From NCBI GenBank assembly GCA_022826245.1, contig JAJDVG010000010.1:70801-134800 (forward strand): a DNA stretch of 64,000 nt, given 5' to 3'. The translations under genes were made by a program, and so were the position numbers. Of this stretch, positions 32,705 to 40,359 are shown piece by piece. Source of the stretch: Gammaproteobacteria bacterium. GTDB taxonomy: Bacteria; Pseudomonadota; Gammaproteobacteria; Steroidobacterales; Rariloculaceae. The notes under the pieces were generated by a model that did no database searches, had not been told where the DNA came from, and worked only from the letters and a program-made list of their open reading frames with translations. Each line of letters opens with the position of its first letter. The stretch's first letter is position 1.

Positions 32705-33390
32705 TGACCGGACTCGCCATCGGCCTCGTGCTCGGCGTCACGGTCTGGTGGATCCTGATCCAGCGCCTGAAGGACAAGCCGTGGGAGCGGCAGGGCCTGA
32801 TCGAAGGGAGCCAGGACGGGCTGACATCGTCGGCGCCCAAGGTGGGCCTCTGGGTGTTCATGGCCATGGTCACGAGCCTGTTCCTGATCTTCAACGGCGC
32901 GTACCTCATGCGCATGGGCTTCGGCCACGGCGAACTGCTCGGCTGGGCGCCGGTCGACGAGCCCGGAATCCTCTGGCTCAACACCTTCGTGCTCGTCGGG
33001 GCGAGCGGTACCATGCAGGCGGCGGCCGGCGCCGCGCGCAAGGGCGATCTCGGCGCGCTCAGAACCTGGTTCACGGCCGGCGGTGCGCTTTCGGTCGTGT
33101 TCCTGGCCGGCCAGTTGCTCGCGTGGCAGCAACTGGCGGCGACCGGTCAGTACGGCGTGGGCGATCCCGCCTTCAGCTTCTTCATCCTGTTGACGGCCGT
33201 TCACGGCCTGCACCTGCTCGGCGGCCTCGTCGTTCTCGGCAGGACCGCCGCGCGAGTCTGGCGGGGCCTCGACACCGAGAACATCGCGGCCGTGGGCAAG
33301 GTCCGGCAGACCGTGCGCCTGTGCACGACCTACTGGCACTTCCTGCTGCTGGTCTGGCTCGGGCTCTTCACGCAACTGTCGATTACCTGA
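32701..33390 (+). CDS. Haem-copper oxidase subunit III family protein (CoxO-like paralogue)
   Basis: Track ORF of 229 aa. It shares an ATGA overlap with subunit I, is polytopic, and has C-terminal TAVHGLHLLGG...YWHFLLLVW motifs of the subunit III family. Confidence 0.7.
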   Translation: MMTGLAIGLVLGVTVWWILIQRLKDKPWERQGLIEGSQDGLTSSAPKVGLWVFMAMVTSLFLIFNGAYLMRMGFGHGELLGWAPVDEPGILWLNTFVLVGASGTMQAAAGAARKGDLGALRTWFTAGGALSVVFLAGQLLAWQQLAATGQYGVGDPAFSFFILLTAVHGLHLLGGLVVLGRTAARVWRGLDTENIAAVGKVRQTVRLCTTYWHFLLLVWLGLFTQLSIT

Positions 33391-33409
33391 TACGAGGACC
33401 GAAACCGTA

Positions 33410-34099
33410 ATGGCGCAAGAAGGCTTGAACCCGACCGCGGACGAACTGACTGCCGACGGCTGGCAGGGCATCGTCGCGGACTGGTCGACGGACAAGCAGG
33501 CCTTTTATGTCCCCTGGGGCAAGGCCATGATGTGGATCTTCCTGCTCAGCGACACGTTCATCTTCACGTCGTTCCTGACCGGTTACATGAACGTGCGGAT
33601 GTCCACGGCCGTCGAGTGGCCGAATCCGAGCGAAGTCTTTGCCCTCAGTTTCTTCGGTCAGCCCATTCCGCTGATCCTGATCGCGATCATGACCTTCGTG
33701 CTGATCACGTCGAGCGGCACTATGGCGCTGGCCGTCAACTACGGCTACCGCCGCGACCGCTACCGGGCGGCGGCGCTCATGTTCGTCACGGCGGCCTTCG
33801 GCGCGATATTCGTCGGCATGCAGGCGTTCGAATGGACGAAGCTCATCGAGGAAGGCGTGCGGCCCTGGGCGAACCCGATGGGCGCGTCGCAGTTCGGCGC
33901 AACATTCTTCATGATCACGGGCTTCCACGGCCTGCACGTCTCGGCGGGCGTCGTGTATCTCGCCGTGGTCGCGCTCAAGGTGCTGCGCGGCGACTACGAA
34001 CGCAGCGGGAATTACGAGATCGTCGAGATCACCGGTCTCTACTGGCACTTCGTCGATCTCGTCTGGGTCTTCATCTTCGCGTTTTTCTACCTCTGGTAG
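33410..34099 (+). CDS. Cytochrome c oxidase subunit III
   Basis: Track ORF of 229 aa with FMITGFHGLHVSAGV and LYWHFVDLVWVFIF signatures. Confidence 0.85.
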   Translation: MAQEGLNPTADELTADGWQGIVADWSTDKQAFYVPWGKAMMWIFLLSDTFIFTSFLTGYMNVRMSTAVEWPNPSEVFALSFFGQPIPLILIAIMTFVLITSSGTMALAVNYGYRRDRYRAAALMFVTAAFGAIFVGMQAFEWTKLIEEGVRPWANPMGASQFGATFFMITGFHGLHVSAGVVYLAVVALKVLRGDYERSGNYEIVEITGLYWHFVDLVWVFIFAFFYLW

Positions 34100-34108
34100 G
34101 GGGTCCCG

Positions 34109-34450
34109 ATGGCAACCGCGGAAGGGCAACAACACCCTCTGAGCATTTACTTCTGGATCTGGGGCCTGCTGTTCCTGTTCAGCGCGTTCTCCTACGCGAC
34201 GGATTTCCTGCCGGACGGCTTCGTCCGGACGGGGCTGATCCTGCTGTTCATGGTCCTCAAGGCAGGCTTCATCATCGCGATCTTCATGCACATGGCCTGG
34301 GAACGTCATGCATTGATCTGGGCGATCCTCGGCCCGCCGGCCCTGTTGCTGTTCCTGATCGCGATCCTCGCCTGGGAAGGCGACTACACCGTGCTCACGC
34401 GCCTGGATTTCTTCTCCGAGCCGTTGGCCCCGGCCGGGCTCGAACATTAG
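34109..34450 (+). CDS. Cytochrome c oxidase subunit IV-like small membrane protein (prokaryotic COX4 family)
   Basis: Track ORF of 113 aa with three TM segments and LKAGFIIAIFMHM. It lies immediately after subunit III. Confidence 0.65.
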   Translation: MATAEGQQHPLSIYFWIWGLLFLFSAFSYATDFLPDGFVRTGLILLFMVLKAGFIIAIFMHMAWERHALIWAILGPPALLLFLIAILAWEGDYTVLTRLDFFSEPLAPAGLEH

Positions 34451-34534
34451 AAAGCCCGCATGTCCGGCCTGGCTACAGAGGTATTGAGACGAATGTTTAA
34501 TTTCTGCCCCGCGGCGCGACATGCGAGCTGAAGG

Positions 34535-34825
34535 ATGTTGGGCTCGATCGTCATCGTTGCGATTCTCGCGCTGCTCTGGGCGGGGCTGTGGAGAATCCAC
34601 ACGCTGCTCGCGTTCGGGGTCCTGCTCGGCCTGCCCGTCGCCTGGATACTTTCGCGCCCTCTGGCGCCGTACCTGACTGGAATGGAACACGTACCCATCT
34701 GGCTTCCGCCGCTGCCGTTCGCGATCGTCGCGCTGGCGCTGCTCGTGCTCGGGGCCCTGAGCTGGTTTCGCGCCTCATCGGCGCCCGCGCCTGCTGAACG
34801 GCCCGAAGATACCGACCGGCACTAG
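34535..34825 (+). CDS. Hypothetical membrane protein
   Basis: Track ORF of 96 aa with three hydrophobic segments and high GC3. A GAAGG sequence lies just upstream of the ATG. I do not recognise the family. Confidence 0.5.
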   Translation: MLGSIVIVAILALLWAGLWRIHTLLAFGVLLGLPVAWILSRPLAPYLTGMEHVPIWLPPLPFAIVALALLVLGALSWFRASSAPAPAERPEDTDRH

Positions 34826-34850
34826 CCTGCAAATCTCACCGCAAGCATGC

Positions 34851-34960
34851 GGGGAGTCGCACTACCGGTCGCTTGAGACACGCGGTGAATACATCCCTGT
34901 ACGCTCCGCGCGCGCATCCCTGCGCGCGAGGGTCTCAAGCGACCGGTAGTGCGACTCCCC
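34851..34960. repeat. 110-nt palindromic element: perfect 29-bp inverted repeats separated by 52 nt
   Basis: GGGGAGTCGCACTACCGGTCGCTTGAGAC (34851-34879) is the exact reverse complement of 34932-34960. The spacer holds a second hairpin, CGCGCGCA-TCCC-TGCGCGCG. The element lies between convergent genes. Confidence 0.9.
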
Positions 34961-35064
34961 TTGACGTCTGCGCCTGCAGGAATCGGATAAGGCCACGGCA
35001 ACCCGGTGTGATATGCAAACCAACGGCCGACTGCCGTATTGCGCGTCGCGCTTCTGGAGCAGGA

Positions 35065-36435
35065 CTACCGCCCGTAGACGATCTCCGGCAGCCGCGTCGC
35101 AAGCTCCGGAAACACGGCCAGCAGGCCGAGCGCGAGCAACTGGATCGCGACGAACGGTATGACCCCGCGATAGATGTCGCCCGTGCGCACGCTGTCCGGA
35201 GCGACGCCGCGCAGGTAGAACAGCGCGAAACCGAACGGCGGCGTCAGGAACGAGGTCTGCAGATTGATCGCGATCATCACTCCGAGCCAGACCGGATCGA
35301 GCCCCATCGCCAGCAGGATCGGGCCGACGATGGGCACGACCACGAATGTGATCTCGATGAAGTCGAGCACGAATCCGAGCAGGAACATGAGCAGCATGAC
35401 GATGACCACGGCGCCGAAAGCGCCGCCGGGCAGGCTCGTCAGGAATTCCTGAACGAGCGCATCGCCGCCGTAGCCCCGGAACACGAGCGAGAACACCGAC
35501 GCGCCGACCAGGATCAGGAACACCATGCTGCTGATGCGTATCGTGCTCTGCATGACCTCGCGAAGCTTGGACCACGACAGTTCCCGCTTGATCAACGCAA
35601 GCGCCACGGCGCCGACCGCGCCAACGCCGGCGGCTTCGGTCGGAGTCGCGAAACCCGCCATGATGGAGCCGAGAACGGCCAGGATCAGCAGCAGGGGCGG
35701 CAGGAGCGCGCCGAGCAGATCGAGGAACTTCGTCGTCCGCGACCCCGAGTCGGCGGCCGGCATCGCGGCGGGATTGAAGATCGCAACGCCCGCGATATAG
35801 ATCACGTAGAGCAGAACCAGGACCAGCCCCGGCACGGCGGCGCCGACGAAGAGGTCGCCAACCGAAACGGTATCGGGCGAGAAGATCCCCTGGCTGAGCT
35901 GGGCCTGGCTGTAGGCCGAAGACAGCACATCGCCGAGCAGCACGAGCACGATCGACGGCGGAATGATCTGCCCGAGCGTGCCGGCGGCGCAGATCGTGCC
36001 GGTGGCGATCCGCGTACTGTAGCCGTGGCGCAGCATCGTCGGCAGCGACAGCAGCCCCATCGTCACGACCGTGGCGCCGACGATCCCGGTGCTCGCCGCA
36101 AGCAGCATGCCGACTACGGTGACCGATATGCCGAGCCCGCCGCGCAGGCCGCGGAAGAGCCCGCTCAGGCTGTCGAGCAGACTTTCAGCGATCTTCGCGC
36201 GCTCGAGCGTCACGCCCATGAAGACGAAGAGCGGCACCGCGAGCAGCGTCTCGTTGCTCATGATGCCGAACAGGCGGTTCGGCATCGTGCCGAGGAAGGC
36301 CGCATCGAATCCGCCGAGCGCGACGCCGCCGAGCGCGAAAGCGAGCGCGGTGCCGGCGAGCGAGAACGCCACGGGGTAACCCGCGAGCAGCACGACGATC
36401 ACCGTCGCGAACATGACGACGGCGATCCACTCCAT
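35065..36435 (-). CDS. dctM: TRAP transporter large permease DctM
   Basis: Track ORF of 456 aa. It is polytopic, with LAVPLFVFMG and PPFGFALFYL motifs. Confidence 0.95.
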   Translation of the reverse strand: MEWIAVVMFATVIVVLLAGYPVAFSLAGTALAFALGGVALGGFDAAFLGTMPNRLFGIMSNETLLAVPLFVFMGVTLERAKIAESLLDSLSGLFRGLRGGLGISVTVVGMLLAASTGIVGATVVTMGLLSLPTMLRHGYSTRIATGTICAAGTLGQIIPPSIVLVLLGDVLSSAYSQAQLSQGIFSPDTVSVGDLFVGAAVPGLVLVLLYVIYIAGVAIFNPAAMPAADSGSRTTKFLDLLGALLPPLLLILAVLGSIMAGFATPTEAAGVGAVGAVALALIKRELSWSKLREVMQSTIRISSMVFLILVGASVFSLVFRGYGGDALVQEFLTSLPGGAFGAVVIVMLLMFLLGFVLDFIEITFVVVPIVGPILLAMGLDPVWLGVMIAINLQTSFLTPPFGFALFYLRGVAPDSVRTGDIYRGVIPFVAIQLLALGLLAVFPELATRLPEIVYGR

Positions 36436-36437
36436 GC

Positions 36438-36986
36438 TCAGACGCCTTCCCCGTCAGGCGGGGGCGCCGCCTCGCGCGGCGGTCCGAGACCCAGGACCAC
36501 GAGCGCGTCGTCGATGGCGTCCGCCACGCCCTGTGCGATCAGCATGATGGCCGTGGCGGGTATCACGGTCTTGAGCAACGGCACGAAGGGATACGGCAAG
36601 CCGCCGGCCTCGCGCGAGGATTCGCCGATCTGCCACGACACGACGACGTAGTCGAAGCTCGTCACCACGAGAAACACGGCCATCGGCAGCAGGAACAACA
36701 CGGTACCGGCGAGGTTGACGAGCGCCTTGCGTTCCGGCCGCATGCCCCGGTAGAGGACGTCGACGCGGACGTGTTCGTCCCGGTTGAGCGTGTACGCGGC
36801 AGCGAGCATGAACACGGCCGCATGCACCCAGATGACGCTCTCCTGCATCCAGATCCAGCCGAGATCGAACACGTAACGGAGCACCACGACGACGAAGGTC
36901 CCCAAGACCATCGGCAACGTCAGCCAGGCAATGACCCTGCCGCTGAGCTCGCTGAAGCGCCTGAGTTTCTCGCTGACGGAATTCAT
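36438..36986 (-). CDS. dctQ: TRAP transporter small permease DctQ
   Basis: Track ORF of 182 aa with four TM segments. It lies directly upstream of dctM. Confidence 0.9.
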   Translation of the reverse strand: MNSVSEKLRRFSELSGRVIAWLTLPMVLGTFVVVVLRYVFDLGWIWMQESVIWVHAAVFMLAAAYTLNRDEHVRVDVLYRGMRPERKALVNLAGTVLFLLPMAVFLVVTSFDYVVVSWQIGESSREAGGLPYPFVPLLKTVIPATAIMLIAQGVADAIDDALVVLGLGPPREAAPPPDGEGV

Positions 36987-37033
36987 GGCGTGGCGCCGGT
37001 TCCCCCCGCTACCGCGTGGGGAGAATAAAGCCC

Positions 37034-37354
37034 TCAGCCGCGGGGCGCCAATCGCCTGAGGAATACGCGCATTTCCTTCGCCGCCTGCTCGTCGCCGCGC
37101 CGATCGGCGACCTCGATGCCCCGCTCATAGGCGCTCCGGGCTTCGTCATCGTCCCCGGCAGCCGCCAGCGCCTTGCCGAGCACGCGCCACGCCGCGGAGT
37201 AATCGGCGTCGCGCTCGACGGCCGCCCGCGCATGTTCGACGGCGCGTTCGGCCGTGCCGGCCGCGAGGTAGCGCGTCGCGAGCGCAACACGCAACGCCGC
37301 GTTGTCGGTGCCGCCGGCGAGCAGCGCCTCCAGATTGTCGGTCAGGTCCGCCAT
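37034..37354 (-). CDS. Small TPR-repeat protein
   Basis: Track ORF 37034..37549 trimmed to ATG 37354, giving 106 aa. TPR-like helices include ALATRYLAAGTAERAVEHARAAVERDADYSAAWRVLGKAL. Confidence 0.55.
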   Translation of the reverse strand: MADLTDNLEALLAGGTDNAALRVALATRYLAAGTAERAVEHARAAVERDADYSAAWRVLGKALAAAGDDDEARSAYERGIEVADRRGDEQAAKEMRVFLRRLAPRG

Positions 37355-37382
37355 GCTGCCGCTCCTGGTCCCGGCGCCCGCC

Positions 37383-38834
37383 TCAGCCGCGCCAGAAGGC
37401 GGGCGTGATGAGCACGAGCAGGGCGAAGATCTCGAGCCGGCCGAGCAGCATCGCAGCGACCCCGCACCACTTGGCAACGACATTGACTTCGCCGAAACCC
37501 GATGCGACGTCGCCGAGTCCCGGGCCGAGATTGTTGATCGTCGCGGCAACGGCGGCGAACGCGGAGGCCTGGTCCATGCCCGTCATGAGCAGCACGAGCA
37601 TGATCGTAATGAATACGAAGATATAGGCGGCGAAGAAGCCCCAGACCGAGTCGACGATCCTGGGATTCACGGCCCGCGTGCCGAGTTTCACCGGAATTTC
37701 GGCGGTCGGATGCACGAGCCGCTGGAACTCGCGCACACTCTGCTTGTAGATCAGCGACCAGCGCATGACTTTCATGCCCCCGGCCGTCGACCCGACGCAG
37801 CCGCCGACGAAGCTCGCGAACAGCAGCACCACGGGCAGCGCGCCGGGCCAGGCCGCGAAGCTGTCGGTCGTATAGCCCGTCGTCGTCGCGATCGAGACGG
37901 CCTGAAACAGGCCCTTGGTAACGGTTTCGAAGACGCTGTCGTATTGCCTTTCCCATAACAGGTAGCCGAGAACGACCGTCGACAGGGTCGCGAGGATCCA
38001 CACGTAGGAACGAAGCTCGGGGTCCGTGAAGTAGCTCTTCAGCCGCTTGTCGCGCCAGGCCAGGAAATGCAGGGCGAAATTGATGCCCGCGATGAACATG
38101 AACACGACCGCGATCATCTCGATCAGCGGACTGTCGAAATACGCGATGCTCGCATCGTGCGTCGAGAAGCCGCCGATCGCCACCGTGCTGAAGCTGTGGC
38201 AGATGGCGTCGAAGATGCTCATGCCGGCGAGCCAGTAGGCTGTAGCACAAACGAAGGTAATGCCGACGTAAACGCTGAGCAGCGCCTTCGCTGTCTGCGT
38301 GATCCGCGGCGTCAGCCTCGATTCCCTGGCCGGGCCCGGCATCTCGGCTCGGTAGAGCTGCATGCCGCCGATGCCGAGCAGCGGCATGATGGCCACGGCG
38401 AAAACGATGATTCCGAGACCGCCCACCCACTGCAGCAATTGCCGGTAGAACAGAATGCCCGGCGGCAGCGAGTCGAGCCCGACGAGCACGGTGGCGCCCG
38501 TGGTCGTAAGCCCGGACACGGCCTCGAACACGGCGTCGGTGAAGCTCATCTGCGGCGTCCCGGCAAGCAGCAGCGGCGTCGCGCTGAGCGAGCCGAGCAC
38601 GATCCATGAGAGCGCAACGACGAGGAACCCGCCCCGCAGCCGCAGTTCCTGCCGGACCCTGCGAACGGGCCACCACAGCAGGAGGCCGATGCCGGCGACG
38701 ATCAGGAACGATGCGGCGAAGACGCTCCACGTGCCGTCGTCGAAGTAGAGCCCCCAGGCAATCGGCGGCAACATGATCGAGCTGAACAGGACGATCAGCA
38801 CACCCAGCACACGTTGAACGGTAAATGCCGTCAC
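37383..38834 (-). CDS. trkH: Trk potassium uptake protein TrkH
   Basis: Track ORF of 483 aa. It is polytopic, with TTTGA/GGF-type selectivity repeats (SGLTTTGATV, VAIGGFSTHD, IATTTGYTT, VGSTAGGMK). Confidence 0.95.
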   Translation of the reverse strand: MTAFTVQRVLGVLIVLFSSIMLPPIAWGLYFDDGTWSVFAASFLIVAGIGLLLWWPVRRVRQELRLRGGFLVVALSWIVLGSLSATPLLLAGTPQMSFTDAVFEAVSGLTTTGATVLVGLDSLPPGILFYRQLLQWVGGLGIIVFAVAIMPLLGIGGMQLYRAEMPGPARESRLTPRITQTAKALLSVYVGITFVCATAYWLAGMSIFDAICHSFSTVAIGGFSTHDASIAYFDSPLIEMIAVVFMFIAGINFALHFLAWRDKRLKSYFTDPELRSYVWILATLSTVVLGYLLWERQYDSVFETVTKGLFQAVSIATTTGYTTDSFAAWPGALPVVLLFASFVGGCVGSTAGGMKVMRWSLIYKQSVREFQRLVHPTAEIPVKLGTRAVNPRIVDSVWGFFAAYIFVFITIMLVLLMTGMDQASAFAAVAATINNLGPGLGDVASGFGEVNVVAKWCGVAAMLLGRLEIFALLVLITPAFWRG

Positions 38835-38849
38835 CGCTCGCTCCGCTGC

Positions 38850-40226
38850 TCAGTCGGAGTTTTCACTTTCCTCGAACAGCCGCTCGACTTCGTCGATCTG
38901 GCGCCGGTCCGTGACGAAGAGAATCACGTGGTCGTCAGCCTCGATCACGGTGTCGTGGTGGGCCATGAGCACCTCGTCGCCGCGCACGACGGCGTTGATT
39001 GCGGCGCCACGCGGCAGCCTGATGTCCTCCACCGCGCGGCCGACGACGCGCGACCCCTTTTCCTTGCCGTGCGCGACGGCCTCGATCGCCTCGGCGGCGC
39101 CGCGGCGCAATGAATGGACCTTGACCACGTCGCCGCGCCTGACATGCGCGAGCAGCGCGCCGAGCGTGATCTCCTGCGGCGAGACGGCGATGTCGATCTG
39201 ACCCGCTTCGATGAATTCGGCGTAGGCCGGCTTGTTGATCAGCACCATGACCCGGTGCGCGCCGAGCCGCTTGGCCAGCATCCCCGACAGGATGTTCGCT
39301 TCCTCCGCGTTGGTGACGGCCGCGAAAATGTCGGCGCTGTCGATGTTCTCCTCGAGCAGCAGCTCTTCATCCGCCGCGTCGCCGAGCAGGACCAGCGCGC
39401 TGTCGAGGCGCTTGGAAATCTCCTCCGAACGCACCCGGTTGCGCTCGATCAGCTTGACGTGGGTCGAGCTTTCGATCGCGCTCGCGAGCCGGACACCGAT
39501 GTTGCCGCCGCCGCCGATGACGACGTTGCGGACCGGATCGTCGAGTTTGCGCATCTCGCTCAGCACCGTGCGCACGTCCTTGCGCGCCGCGATGAAGAAC
39601 ACTTCGTCGCCCTCCTCCACGACCGTGCTGCCGTCGGGGATGATCCCGCGTCCCTCGCGGTAGATCGCGACCACGCGACACTCGACGTTCGGGATGTGAT
39701 GCGGCAGCTCGCTGAGTGGGTGACCGATGAGCGCTCCGCCGTCTTCCGCTCGCGAAGCGATCAGCCAGACGCGCCCGTCGGCGAACTCGAGCACCTGCAG
39801 CGCGCCCGGAAACTCGATGAGCTGCGCCATGTGCTCGGTCACGAGCTGCTCGGGACTGATGATGACGTCGACCGGGATCATGTCCGGCGCGAAGAGCTTC
39901 TCGTGGTTGGCGAACTCGCGCGCGCGGACGCGCGCGATCTTGGTCTTGACGTCGAAAAGCGTGTGCGCGATCTGGCAGGCGATCATGTTGGTCTCATCGC
40001 TGTCCATCAGCGCGATCAGCATGTCGCATTCCCTGGCGCCGGCCCGTTCCATGACCTCCGGATAGGCCGCGTTGCCGACCACGGTGCGAACGTCGAGCCG
40101 GTTCTGTACATCGCGCAGAACCGCGGGGTTCCGGTCCACGATCGTGACGTCGTTGGCTTCTTCCCGGGCGAGGCTATAGGCGGCCGTGGCCCCGACCTGC
40201 CCTGCGCCCAAGATCAGTATGTTCAT
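38850..40226 (-). CDS. trkA: Trk system NAD-binding protein TrkA
   Basis: Track ORF of 458 aa with two Rossmann GxGxxG sites (ILGAGQVG, IGGGGNIG). Confidence 0.95.
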   Translation of the reverse strand: MNILILGAGQVGATAAYSLAREEANDVTIVDRNPAVLRDVQNRLDVRTVVGNAAYPEVMERAGARECDMLIALMDSDETNMIACQIAHTLFDVKTKIARVRAREFANHEKLFAPDMIPVDVIISPEQLVTEHMAQLIEFPGALQVLEFADGRVWLIASRAEDGGALIGHPLSELPHHIPNVECRVVAIYREGRGIIPDGSTVVEEGDEVFFIAARKDVRTVLSEMRKLDDPVRNVVIGGGGNIGVRLASAIESSTHVKLIERNRVRSEEISKRLDSALVLLGDAADEELLLEENIDSADIFAAVTNAEEANILSGMLAKRLGAHRVMVLINKPAYAEFIEAGQIDIAVSPQEITLGALLAHVRRGDVVKVHSLRRGAAEAIEAVAHGKEKGSRVVGRAVEDIRLPRGAAINAVVRGDEVLMAHHDTVIEADDHVILFVTDRRQIDEVERLFEESENSD

Positions 40227-40359
40227 CGCCGAGCAACCGTCCCGTCACACCAGGGCCTGTCCCGTAAAAAACATCTCATCGAGAGTTCGCGGATCGTGTC
40301 AGGACAAGGCACGCTCCGCAGGCGCAATGGGGAATACTGGCAAGGTGTGCGGGGCAAGT

